Assembly (NCBI GenBank): GCA_017532825.1
Contig: JAFXIT010000031.1
Location: 6,613 to 70,612, forward strand
Origin: Clostridia bacterium
Lineage (GTDB): Bacteria > Bacillota > Clostridia > Oscillospirales > QAMX01
Length of the DNA: 64,000 bases
Direction of reading: 5' to 3'
Below the pieces are notes generated by a model. It had not been told where the DNA came from. It worked only from the letters and a program-made list of their open reading frames with translations, and ran no database searches. Below, piece by piece: positions 27,559 to 36,854 of the stretch (its first letter is position 1; every line of letters begins with the position of its first letter). A program made the translations under genes and the position numbers.

Positions 27559-29831
27559 AAAAGGGTCCACACCTTCTGCCCGACCTTCCGATCGACGATT
27601 CTACCGTCCGTGACGCAGGGCTGACCGTCGACGACATCGTCGAGGAGTTTCGAAGCCGTCCCCGTCCGGTAGAGCCGCTTGCGACTCCCGAGCCTCCCAA
27701 AGAGACTGACGAGCCGATAAAGGAGGTCCCCGAGCCGATAAAAAAGCCTCCCAAGGAGAAAAAGCCCAAGGCGGAAAAGCCTCCGAAGGTAAAGGCTGTT
27801 AAGGAAAAGAAGCCTCCAAAGGACAAAAAGCAGGGCAAAGAGCCCCCTCCCGAGCCGCTCGAGGAGGGAGTTATAGACCTTGAGGCCTTCGACGCCGCCT
27901 TCAGGCGCACACGCATCCAGCGCAGGGTACTCAAGGAGCGCATACTCGCCGATAACGCCCGTGAGCTCCGTCTTGCACGCCGTAACGACCGCAAGATCAG
28001 CCGTATACGGGTGGTCAAGATAGAAAACGCCGTCGGCGGCCTGCCTATCCCCGAATCGGCAAAGGAGGAGCTTGCCGCCGAAAAGGCTAAAAATCCCGTC
28101 GGCTCTCGCTTTGCAAGCCCCACCTCAAACGCCCTGCGAAAGGTACGCATCATCTACCGTATGCGGGAGGACCGCCGCTTAAAGCAGGCAAACCTCGAAA
28201 GACGTATCGCTCGTCTTGAGCTTTCGGTGGCGGCGAGGATGACCATGGCCTTCCTCTTTTCCCTGCCGCTTGTGATATTTGCCCTGGCAGACTCCTTTGA
28301 GCTGCCCCTGCCCGAGCTTATATCCTTTGCCGCAAATCCCCGCATCCATCTGTGGGTGACCCTCGGGATCATGGCCGCAGTAATGCTTGCGGGCTACGAC
28401 GTGATGATAAGCGGTATAGTAAATATACTGACCCTCCGCTTCAACGCCGATTCGCTGACGGCGCTGAGCGTGATACCCTCGGTAGGCTACTGCGTCTACT
28501 GCCTTGTAACGGGCGAGTATCAGTTCCGACCGCTCTGCGCCATGCCCGCCCTTGCGGTGGCATTCTCACTGCTTGGCGACAGGATACGCCATTCGACCTA
28601 CTACCGAAGCCTGCGGGCCTGCATCAAGGTAAAATCCTGCCGCACCGTGGCGAGGATGAAAAACAAGATCGGAAGAGACACCGTCTACGCCTGCGGACAT
28701 TCGCAGGGACGTGAGCGCTTTGAGGACGGCATCTTTGAGCAGGGTCCCTCCGAGACCTCGGTTGCGGTGCTTGCACCCCTCCTTTCGGCGGCGGCCGTGT
28801 TTATCGCCGTGGCGGCATCCTCCTCCGAGCTTGGAGACCGTCCGCCCTTCCTCTGGTGCTGGTCGATAATAGCCTCGTTTATACCCGCCCTCGGCTTTTT
28901 CATCTGCGAGAGCCTGCCATACGGACTGCTTTCGAGAAGACTTCGCAAGCTCGGGGTCTACATAGGCGGGGGAAACGTCCTCAAAAAGCTTTCAAAGCCC
29001 GCCTACGTCGCCGTCACCGACAGCGACCTTTTCCCCGAAAAGACCGTCACCCTGGGCGGCCTTAAGATGCTATCAAGCGATGCCGTACACGCCGTGTCGG
29101 TCGCCGCAAGTGTCCTCAGCGCATCGGGAAGCGGCCTTGCCGAACCCTTTATCGGTGCCGCATCGACACTTTTTGCCCCCATACACACCGTCACCGAGCT
29201 TGAATTTCTCGAGCCGGGCGGCATAACGGGCGTCATCGAAAACAGACGTGTCTACGTCGGAAACGCCGAGTTTATGCGTTTTCAGGGCTTTGAGATACCC
29301 CCAAACATACGCCTTCGGACGGCGGTGTTCATAGCCGAAAACGACAGTCTGCTTGCCGTCGCCGCCATACGCTATCAGGTCTCCAAGGCAAACGAGTACG
29401 CCCTCTCCCTGCTTGTCCACCACGGCTACGTCCCCGTCTTTGCAACGAGGGATTTCAATATCACCCCCGAGTTTCTCCTTTCGAGATTCGGTCTTCGCAA
29501 GGGAGAGTACCTTCTGCAGGACTACGGCTCAAGGGTCGCCCTTGACACCGACCGCCGTGAGCTCGACTGCAGCGGAGTGCTGGTGGTACACCCCCGCCTC
29601 GGCTACCTCACCGCAAGCGCACAGCTGCTGGTGGGAGCCCGCAGATACCGCAAGGCGGTCTTTGCAGGATTTGTGTTGAGCCTTCTCTCGGCGATGATAG
29701 GGCTGGGCCTTGGCTCGCTTATCGTAATGCGGGTCTGGACCGAGCTTGCCACACCCCTCAATATGCTTATATACTATGTCCTTTGGCTGCTGCCACCGCT
29801 GGTGTTTGGCTGCTGGATAAATAAATACTAA
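27555..29831 (+). CDS. Membrane protein with a K/P/E-rich N-terminal region and a degenerate P1B-type ATPase-like core (758 aa)
   Basis: GTG overlaps the rlmB stop, after GGAGGTGA. Residual similarity to heavy-metal ATPases: FNADSLTALS, VAVTDSDLFPEKTVTLGG, PGGITGVIENRRVYVGNAEFM and VFATRDFNITPEF. Canonical TGE, CPC, DKTGT, TGDN and GDGxND are absent. Confidence 0.8.
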   Translation: MKKGPHLLPDLPIDDSTVRDAGLTVDDIVEEFRSRPRPVEPLATPEPPKETDEPIKEVPEPIKKPPKEKKPKAEKPPKVKAVKEKKPPKDKKQGKEPPPEPLEEGVIDLEAFDAAFRRTRIQRRVLKERILADNARELRLARRNDRKISRIRVVKIENAVGGLPIPESAKEELAAEKAKNPVGSRFASPTSNALRKVRIIYRMREDRRLKQANLERRIARLELSVAARMTMAFLFSLPLVIFALADSFELPLPELISFAANPRIHLWVTLGIMAAVMLAGYDVMISGIVNILTLRFNADSLTALSVIPSVGYCVYCLVTGEYQFRPLCAMPALAVAFSLLGDRIRHSTYYRSLRACIKVKSCRTVARMKNKIGRDTVYACGHSQGRERFEDGIFEQGPSETSVAVLAPLLSAAAVFIAVAASSSELGDRPPFLWCWSIIASFIPALGFFICESLPYGLLSRRLRKLGVYIGGGNVLKKLSKPAYVAVTDSDLFPEKTVTLGGLKMLSSDAVHAVSVAASVLSASGSGLAEPFIGAASTLFAPIHTVTELEFLEPGGITGVIENRRVYVGNAEFMRFQGFEIPPNIRLRTAVFIAENDSLLAVAAIRYQVSKANEYALSLLVHHGYVPVFATRDFNITPEFLLSRFGLRKGEYLLQDYGSRVALDTDRRELDCSGVLVVHPRLGYLTASAQLLVGARRYRKAVFAGFVLSLLSAMIGLGLGSLIVMRVWTELATPLNMLIYYVLWLLPPLVFGCWINKY

Positions 29832-29845
29832 AGGAAGAAAAAACT

Positions 29846-31576
29846 ATGCTGATGTCACAACTCCTGGGCGAACGGTATAAGGAAAAGCCGGTCGAGGCCA
29901 CTATGAATTCCCATATTTTCCTTCTGCGCGGCGGATATATCCGTCAGGTTGCAGCGGGCATCTACTCCCTGCTGCCCCCTGCAAAGCGTGTTACTGCCAA
30001 GATAGAGCGCATCATCCGTGAGGAGATGGACGCTATCGACGGTCAGGAGGTGCTCTTCCCCGTGGTCATGCCTGCCGAGATATGGCGTGAGAGCGGAAGA
30101 TACGATTCCATCGGCAGCGAAATGATGAGAATGACCGACCGTGGCGGACACGATATGGTCCTTGGTATGACCCACGAGGAGGCAAGCGTACACCTTGCCC
30201 GTACCGAGGCCACCAGCTACACCCGTTACCCCTTTATGATCTACCAGATACAGACCAAGTTCCGTGACGAGCCCCGTTGCCGTGCAGGTCTTATCCGTGT
30301 GCGTGAGTTTACCATGAAGGACGCCTACTCCTTCCACATCTCCCAAGAGGACCTTGCACAGTACTATGACCGTGCTCACGCCGCCTACGAGCGCATATTC
30401 CGCCGTGCGGGACTTAAAAACGTCATCTCGGTCAAGTCCGATACCGGCATGATGGGCGGAAGCATTGCCCACGAGTTTATGTTCACCTCCCCCCAGGGCG
30501 AGGACAGCCTGGTCATCTGCCCGACCTGCGGCTACCGTGCAAACGTCGAGGTCGCACCCGTTTCGGCTGTAAACGAGGAACGCCCCCTCGGAGTCACAAC
30601 CGAGGTCGCAACCCCCGATACCAAGACCATCGAGGAGCTCTGCGAGCTTCTCTCCACCACCGCCGAGCGCACCGTCAAGGCCTGCGTCTTTGCCGCCGAG
30701 GGCAGACGTGAGCCCATCGTCGTCTTCATCAGAGGGGACTACGAGGTCAACGAGGCAAAGCTCCGCCGTGCCGTCGGCGCCGACGTCTTCCCCCTTACCG
30801 AGGGCGAGGACTGCGACCTGTGCATGGGCTTTATCGGACCTGTCGGGCTCAAGACCTCCGCAAAGGTCTACTTTGACGCCTCCCTCAAGGGCTGCAACGA
30901 TATGCTCTGCGGCGCAAATAAGAAGGATACCCACCTTAAGGGTGTAAATATCACCGCCGAGGAGCTCGGCGAGCTCTGGCCGGAGGAATTCCTCGACCTT
31001 GCAAAGGCCCGTCAGGGCGACCTCTGCCCCGTCTGCGGAAAGCCGCTTGACCACACCAGAGGCATCGAGGTCGGCAACATCTTCCAGCTCGGCACCAAGT
31101 ATTCCGCCTCCATGGGCATGACCTATACCGATGCCGACGGCAGCCGTAAGACCCCCATCATGGGCTGCTACGGAATAGGCGTTGGCAGACTTCTTGCCTG
31201 CATCATCGAGGAGTGCTGTGACAACTACGGCCCCATCTGGCCCATCTCGGTCGCCCCCTGGCAGGTGCATATCTGCGCCATGGGCGGAGGCAAGGACGCT
31301 TCGGTCAAGGATGCCGCAAACGACGTCTACGCACGTCTTTCCAAGGAATTTGAGGTACTCTATGACGACCGTGACCTCACCGCAGGGGTCACCTTTGCCG
31401 ATGCCGACCTGCTTGGCGTACCGATCAGGGTGGTCGTCGGAAAGAGAGGCCTTGCCAACGGCGAGGTCGAGCTTCGCACCCGTGACGGCAGCATAAACCG
31501 TATGGTACCCCTTGCCGAGCTTGAAAAGGCCGTCAATGAGGTCAAAAAAGAGCTTTACGAGCGTATTGAGGGCTGA
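29846..31576 (+). CDS. proS: Proline--tRNA ligase (bacterial type with INS editing domain)
   Basis: 576 aa. SHIFLLRGGYIRQVAAGIYSLLP and the class II motifs (FRDEPRCRAGLIRVREFTMKDAYSF). Confidence 0.95.
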   Translation: MLMSQLLGERYKEKPVEATMNSHIFLLRGGYIRQVAAGIYSLLPPAKRVTAKIERIIREEMDAIDGQEVLFPVVMPAEIWRESGRYDSIGSEMMRMTDRGGHDMVLGMTHEEASVHLARTEATSYTRYPFMIYQIQTKFRDEPRCRAGLIRVREFTMKDAYSFHISQEDLAQYYDRAHAAYERIFRRAGLKNVISVKSDTGMMGGSIAHEFMFTSPQGEDSLVICPTCGYRANVEVAPVSAVNEERPLGVTTEVATPDTKTIEELCELLSTTAERTVKACVFAAEGRREPIVVFIRGDYEVNEAKLRRAVGADVFPLTEGEDCDLCMGFIGPVGLKTSAKVYFDASLKGCNDMLCGANKKDTHLKGVNITAEELGELWPEEFLDLAKARQGDLCPVCGKPLDHTRGIEVGNIFQLGTKYSASMGMTYTDADGSRKTPIMGCYGIGVGRLLACIIEECCDNYGPIWPISVAPWQVHICAMGGGKDASVKDAANDVYARLSKEFEVLYDDRDLTAGVTFADADLLGVPIRVVVGKRGLANGEVELRTRDGSINRMVPLAELEKAVNEVKKELYERIEG

Positions 31577-31593
31577 AAATTAGCAAAAACCAC

Positions 31594-31622
31594 TTGCGTA
31601 ACCCTTAATAATGTAGTATAAT
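31594..31622 (+). promoter_or_regulatory. Promoter of the EF-G2 gene
   Basis: TTGCGT, 17 nt, TATAAT. Confidence 0.6.
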
Positions 31623-31675
31623 AGTTCGGTAAGGCTTTATTACATTAGGTATTATAATAAAAGGAGAGTTTTTTC

Positions 31676-33754
31676 ATGGCGTATACCATCGATAAGATCC
31701 GCAATGTCTGTCTGCTCGGCCACGGCGGCGAAGGCAAGACCTCGCTTGCAGAGAGCCTGCTTTACGTTACCAAGGCCATCGACCGTCTGGGCAAGGTTGC
31801 CGACGGTACTACCGTTTCGGACTATGATGCCGAGGAGGTCAAGCGCTCCATCTCTATTCAGACCGCTCTTGCACCCGTCGAATTCGGCGGCAACAAGATC
31901 AACCTGCTCGACGCCCCCGGCTTCTTCGATTTTATCGGTGAGGTCCTCGAGGCTGAACGTGTCTGCGAATCCGCTATGATCGTCACCAGCGCCAAGGGCG
32001 GCGTTTCGGTCGGCGCACAGAAGGCCTGGATCCGCATGAAGACCGCAGGCAAGCCCACCGCTCTTTACATCTCCAAGCTCGACGAGGAGCATGCAGATTT
32101 CTACTCCACCTACGAGCAGGCAAGAGAGATCTTCGGCGTCTCCGTCTGCCCCGTCCTCATCCCCATCCTTGATGGCGTCAAGCCCGTCGGCGTAGTCAAC
32201 GTCGTCTCCAAGAAGGCATGGAAGGCCGACGGCGCAAAGGTCACCGAGTGCCCCGTTCCTGCCAATCTTGAGGACAAGGTCGAGGAGTACCGTGCCCTGC
32301 TGAGCGAGAACATCGCCGAGAGCGACGAGGAGCTCATGGAGAAGTTCTTCGGCGGCGAAGAGTTCACCGACGAGGAATTCCTGAACGGTATGCGCAAGGC
32401 CGTCATCACCAGATCCATCTGCCCCGTATTCTGCGGCAGCGCCTTCACCGGCGCCGGCAGCGAGGCTCTTGTCCGTGCCATCATAGACTATATGCCCTCC
32501 CCCGCAGATATGCCCACCGACAAGGCCGTTGAGGACGGCAAGGACGTCGACCTCACCGTCGATCCCTCCGCTCCCACCTGCGCCTTCGTATTCAAGACCG
32601 TCGCCGACCAGTACGGACGCTTCTCCTTCTTCAAGGTCCTCGGCGGCAAGGTCACCCAGGATTCCTCCCTTGTCAACACCGTTTCGGGTACCACCGAAAA
32701 GATCGGCCGTATCTACTTCGTCCGCGGCAAGAAGAACACCGAGGTCCCCGAGGTATGCACCGGTGACATCGGCGCCGTTGCAAAGCTGGCCGACACCCGT
32801 ACCAACGATACCCTCTGCGCCGCAGGCAGAAATACCGTCGTAAAGCCCATCTCCTTCCCCAGGACCTGCTACACCCAGGCTCTGCTGCCCAAGTCCAAGG
32901 GCGCCGAGGACAAGATCGCTACCGGTCTTGCCAGACTTCACGACGAAGACCCCGTCTTCCAGAACGCACTCAACGCCGAGACCCACCAGCAGACCATCTC
33001 CGGCATGGGCGATATACACCTGGACGTCCTGTCCTCCAAGCTCAAGACCAAGTTCGGCGTCGAAGTCGAGCTGGTCGCCCCCAGAGTTGCCTACCGTGAG
33101 AAGATCCGCAAAAAGGTCCAGGCCGAAGGCCGCCACAAGAAGCAGTCGGGCGGACACGGTCAGTACGGCCACGTCAAGATGGAGTTTGAGCCCAACGAGG
33201 AAGAGCTCGACCTCGTCTTCGAGGAAAGAGTATTCGGCGGATCGGTCCCCAAGAACTTCTTCCCCGCTGTTGAAAAGGGTCTGCGTGAGTCCATCCAGCG
33301 CGGTGTCCTCGCCGGTTACCCCGTCGTCAACCTCAAGGCCACCCTCTACGACGGCTCCTACCACGACGTCGACTCCAACGAGCTTTCCTTTAAGATGGCT
33401 GCCCGCCTTGCCTACAAGGCAGGTCTCCCCACCGCCAACCCCGTCATCCTCGAGCCCTACGGCAACCTCAAGGTCTATATCCCCGACGAATTCATGGGCG
33501 ATATCATCGGCGACCTCAACAAGCGCCGCGGCCGTGTTATGGGTATGTCTCCTGCAGAGAACAATATGCAGGTAGTCGAGGCTGAAGTCCCGATGTCCGA
33601 GATGCACTCCTACGCCATCGACCTCCGCTCGATGACCCGTGGCTGGGGCAGCTTCGATATTGACTTTGCCCGTTACGAGGAGACTCCTCCCGTTGTCCAG
33701 GCCGCTATCATCGAAGAGGCCAAGGCTCTCATGGAGGAAGAAGAGGACGAATAA
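31676..33754 (+). CDS. Elongation factor G paralogue (EF-G2 class)
   Basis: 692 aa. P-loop GHGGEGKTS, switch II DAPGFFDF and HKKQSGGHGQYGHV in domain IV, as in Thermus EF-G-2. Monocistronic, outside the str operon. Confidence 0.9.
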   Translation: MAYTIDKIRNVCLLGHGGEGKTSLAESLLYVTKAIDRLGKVADGTTVSDYDAEEVKRSISIQTALAPVEFGGNKINLLDAPGFFDFIGEVLEAERVCESAMIVTSAKGGVSVGAQKAWIRMKTAGKPTALYISKLDEEHADFYSTYEQAREIFGVSVCPVLIPILDGVKPVGVVNVVSKKAWKADGAKVTECPVPANLEDKVEEYRALLSENIAESDEELMEKFFGGEEFTDEEFLNGMRKAVITRSICPVFCGSAFTGAGSEALVRAIIDYMPSPADMPTDKAVEDGKDVDLTVDPSAPTCAFVFKTVADQYGRFSFFKVLGGKVTQDSSLVNTVSGTTEKIGRIYFVRGKKNTEVPEVCTGDIGAVAKLADTRTNDTLCAAGRNTVVKPISFPRTCYTQALLPKSKGAEDKIATGLARLHDEDPVFQNALNAETHQQTISGMGDIHLDVLSSKLKTKFGVEVELVAPRVAYREKIRKKVQAEGRHKKQSGGHGQYGHVKMEFEPNEEELDLVFEERVFGGSVPKNFFPAVEKGLRESIQRGVLAGYPVVNLKATLYDGSYHDVDSNELSFKMAARLAYKAGLPTANPVILEPYGNLKVYIPDEFMGDIIGDLNKRRGRVMGMSPAENNMQVVEAEVPMSEMHSYAIDLRSMTRGWGSFDIDFARYEETPPVVQAAIIEEAKALMEEEEDE

Positions 33755-33781
33755 TCCTCCCGCCTTTCCCAAAATGCAGTT

Positions 33782-33818
33782 ACACCCCACCGATATCCTC
33801 GGTGGGGTGTTTTTTTTG
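33782..33818 (+). terminator. Rho-independent terminator
   Basis: ACACCCCACCG-atatcct-CGGTGGGGTGT followed by T8. Confidence 0.9.
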
Positions 33819-33877
33819 CTTGGAGCTATGAGCGGGTACGTCGTGACGCCGCCCTCGTTTTTGCGCAAAAATTATTG

Positions 33878-33907
33878 TTGACAAGGGCAAGCCTTGTATG
33901 GTATTAT
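33878..33907 (+). promoter_or_regulatory. Promoter of the SBP-like lipoprotein gene
   Basis: TTGACA, 18 nt, TATTAT. Confidence 0.55.
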
Positions 33908-33981
33908 AGAAGCAGGAGGAGGAAAGTTCGCTTTTTAGACCTATTTGTCCTCTTTCCAAAACAAATTAAGGAGGCATACCT

Positions 33982-35472
33982 ATGAAAACAACGAGAAAAG
34001 TCCTGCAGATCCTGCTGCCCCTTGTCTTGCTTTTGACACTGCTTGCCTCCTGTGGGGGCAAGGAAGACATTCCTTGGCAGAAGACCACCGCCAAAACGAG
34101 CGCCACGACCAAATCAACGCCAAAGGAGACCACGACAGCACAGACTACGGTCAATACCACAGAGGCAACGACAGCAGCCCCATGGCCGCCGAGCTTTAAC
34201 GGAGAAGCGTTTACTATCGTATCCGTCGGCTCACGCAGCAACCTAAACAAGCTTGAGTTCTATTTCCATAACAACGAGGAGACCGAGCTTGAAAAGGAGC
34301 TGAACGAGGCCTATCTCGGGCTTGAAAGCAAACTTGACACGGTTTTGTGGTTCGCGGAAATGTCCTACGAGGATGCTATCGCGGCCCTGTCCGGGAATCA
34401 CTTCGTAGGCGACGTGATGTACGCTCGGCAGATGTATTGGGTACCTATGGCGACAAAGGGATATATTCAACCGCTCAACACCGAGGAAATACGCTCTTGG
34501 GGCTTTGATGTGGACGATCCCGGCACCGTCGATATATATCTTACCCAAGCTACCAAGGAGCTTGACGGCGAAAACGTCTGGGCGGCATCCTTTTCGGGTA
34601 AATATTTCGTGCAGTACTGGACAGACGGCATGGTTTTCAACAAGGATATAGTCGCCGCCGCAGGCTATCCCGCCGAGACGCTCTATCAGCTGGTCAGGGA
34701 CGGACAGTGGACCTGGGATAAGCTTGAGGAGATATGCCGCGCGGTCAAGGCAAATACCGACAAGGACGGTCTCGGTGTCGCCTCGGGAGTGGTGGAGCAT
34801 ATCTTTTACGATATGGGCATCACACCCGCCCGCGGAGCTGACGGAAAATGGAAGGCTCCCGCCCTTGAGGACGTACTCAGGGGTGCGGACTACGCTTTGA
34901 AGTGGACCGGAGGCGCAGGAGAGATATCCTTCAGATTGAGCGGCTTAAGCAGCAGTTCAATACTGAACGAGTTTAGTAATAAAAAGATCGCCTTTGCCTT
35001 TGCCGCTGCCGATTACCTCTATGCTGACACTATCGTGACTTTCCCGACCCTCGATTTCAACATAGGATATCTTCCTGGTCCGAAGCTTGATGCCGAGGGA
35101 AGCCTTATCTTTGAGAACAATATCGCAAACGGGATCTGTATTCCGACGGAGAATCCCGAGCTCCGCAGGACTGCATACGCACTCGGTGAGCTGGCAAAGA
35201 TAGTAAACAGCACCGAAGGCACACGGGAGTTTGTAAGCAAGATCCTGCCCGACGAGGAATCGGTCGAGATGGTAATGGACTATATTATTCCAAACACTGC
35301 CTTTGCAAGCATGTCTCTGTCGGCGCCCGTAAGCAAGGTTGGGAGCAGATTCCGCAGTGATATTTTCGGGATGCATGATGATATATTAGGCGATCTCTAC
35401 GACCGTGACACAGCGGCGCAGACCTACGTTTCCAATCTGCAGGCCGAGATAGACGCCCTTTTCGGATACTAA
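33982..35472 (+). CDS. ABC-type extracellular solute-binding-protein-like lipoprotein (sugar SBP family 1-like), orphan
   Basis: Lipobox LLASC and a T-rich linker. The segment MVFNKDIVAAAGYPAETLYQLVRDGQWTWDKLEEICRAVKA matches the SBP_bac_1 pattern. No permease or ATPase genes adjacent. Confidence 0.7.
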   Translation: MKTTRKVLQILLPLVLLLTLLASCGGKEDIPWQKTTAKTSATTKSTPKETTTAQTTVNTTEATTAAPWPPSFNGEAFTIVSVGSRSNLNKLEFYFHNNEETELEKELNEAYLGLESKLDTVLWFAEMSYEDAIAALSGNHFVGDVMYARQMYWVPMATKGYIQPLNTEEIRSWGFDVDDPGTVDIYLTQATKELDGENVWAASFSGKYFVQYWTDGMVFNKDIVAAAGYPAETLYQLVRDGQWTWDKLEEICRAVKANTDKDGLGVASGVVEHIFYDMGITPARGADGKWKAPALEDVLRGADYALKWTGGAGEISFRLSGLSSSSILNEFSNKKIAFAFAAADYLYADTIVTFPTLDFNIGYLPGPKLDAEGSLIFENNIANGICIPTENPELRRTAYALGELAKIVNSTEGTREFVSKILPDEESVEMVMDYIIPNTAFASMSLSAPVSKVGSRFRSDIFGMHDDILGDLYDRDTAAQTYVSNLQAEIDALFGY

Positions 35473-35484
35473 TTTCAAACGTTT

Positions 35485-35522
35485 AAAAAGGCGGCCGCTG
35501 ATGCGGCCGCCTTTGATGTTTT
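35485..35522. terminator. Bidirectional terminator between convergent lipoprotein genes
   Basis: AAAGGCGGCCGC-tgat-GCGGCCGCCTTT. Confidence 0.8.
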
Positions 35523-35527
35523 GCGGT

Positions 35528-36808
35528 TTAATAGGCCTCGACGTCGCCGTCGTTGCAGTGGACGGTGCAGGCGGCGCTTTGGACGTTCCAGTTGCCCCAT
35601 CTGCCGATGTTATTCCAGTCGGAGATGTTACCCTCGACGTAGATGTCGGTAAGGGCGGTGCAACGGGCAAAGGCCCATCTGCTTATCTCAAGGAAGGTGT
35701 TCTGCTTTTTAAAGGTAACGCTTGCAAGGCTCTCGCAGGAGTCAAAGCACTCCTCGCCGATAAGCTCAACGCTTCCGGGGATGGTTATCTCGGTCAGACC
35801 GCAGGAGTAGAAGGCTCTGTCGGCTAACTCGGTAAGGGTGTCGGGGAGAACGACCGAGGAAAGCTTTTCGCATCCTGCAAATGCGCCCCTGCCGATGTAG
35901 GTCACACCGCTTCCCATGGTGAGGTCGGTAAGCGCCCAGCAGCTGTTGAAGGCGGAATCTTCTATGTAGGTAACGCTGTCGGGAATGACGGCGGACACAA
36001 GCTCGTAGCAACGTGCAAATGCCTCCTCACCGATGTGGGTCACGCCCTCGGGGATGACGATGGAGGTAAGGTAATAGCAGTTTTCAAAGGCATTGTCATC
36101 GATGTAGGTGAGGGTAGAGGGAAGGACTATTCCGGTGATCTCCGATTCCTTAAAGGCATCGTAGCAGATGCTGGTGACGGGCTGGCCCTCGTAGGTGGAG
36201 GGGATGACTATGAAGGTGTCCCTGCAGCTGCCGATGCTGACGCAGTAGCCGCCGGTATAATCGTCGTAGTGGTAGTCAAGACCGTTGGAGGGCTCGGGCT
36301 CTCTGCCGCAGTATTGGCAGACACCGCCGACGTAGTTGTGCTCAAGCTTGGACTTGGGAAGGATCTCCTCCTCGCCGCAGTCGCAGACACGCTTTTCCTC
36401 GCCGTAGTCGTCGCAGGTTGGGGGGATTACCTCGATCCACTCGCCAAAGACGTGAACGTGGGCAGTTGTCGTGGCCTCGGTGGTGGTAGTAGCTTCGGTG
36501 GCAGCGGAACTGCTCGAGGATGGTCCGTCCTCGGACTCGGTAGTGGAGCTTCCGCCACCCTCGCCGCCGCCGTTGGAGGTGGAGTTGCCGCCTGCGGGTG
36601 CAGTCGTCGCAACGGTCGTTGCGACAGCCGTGGTGTTGGGGGCTGTGGTCGCCGCAGTAGTATCGGGGGCCGTAGTTGCCGCAGTCGTAGCCGTCGTTGC
36701 GGCGGTCTCTTCGCCGTCCTTATCGACTACCTTGCAGCCTGCAAGTCCTGCACAAAGCAGTACCGCCGCCGCAAAAAGTGCAATTACAGCTCTTAAATTT
36801 TTGCTCAT
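35528..36808 (-). CDS. BspA-type leucine-rich-repeat lipoprotein
   Basis: ATG 36808 follows AAAGGAGAC. Lipobox LAGC and a T/A-rich linker. Repeated units of the form AFxxCxxLxSxxIPxxVTxIGxxAF (LRR_5). Confidence 0.85.
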   Translation of the reverse strand: MSKNLRAVIALFAAAVLLCAGLAGCKVVDKDGEETAATTATTAATTAPDTTAATTAPNTTAVATTVATTAPAGGNSTSNGGGEGGGSSTTESEDGPSSSSSAATEATTTTEATTTAHVHVFGEWIEVIPPTCDDYGEEKRVCDCGEEEILPKSKLEHNYVGGVCQYCGREPEPSNGLDYHYDDYTGGYCVSIGSCRDTFIVIPSTYEGQPVTSICYDAFKESEITGIVLPSTLTYIDDNAFENCYYLTSIVIPEGVTHIGEEAFARCYELVSAVIPDSVTYIEDSAFNSCWALTDLTMGSGVTYIGRGAFAGCEKLSSVVLPDTLTELADRAFYSCGLTEITIPGSVELIGEECFDSCESLASVTFKKQNTFLEISRWAFARCTALTDIYVEGNISDWNNIGRWGNWNVQSAACTVHCNDGDVEAY

Positions 36809-36854
36809 AGAAACGTCTCCTTTTTGTTTACAAACGATTGACATTATATCACCG

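Noticed and set aside
29832-29845. T-box leader upstream of proS
   Set aside because: Only 14 nt separate proS from the upstream gene, so there is no space for a T-box. proS is co-transcribed with the preceding genes.
13373-33868. Further long antisense ORFs (13373-14722 -, 17311-19092 -, 19889-21466 -, 23778-25556 -, 25688-26695 -, 29855-31270 -, 31652-33868 -)
   Set aside because: The reasoning is the same. Each lies opposite a gene with clear family motifs or signal peptides, and their translations are compositionally biased with no recognisable motifs.
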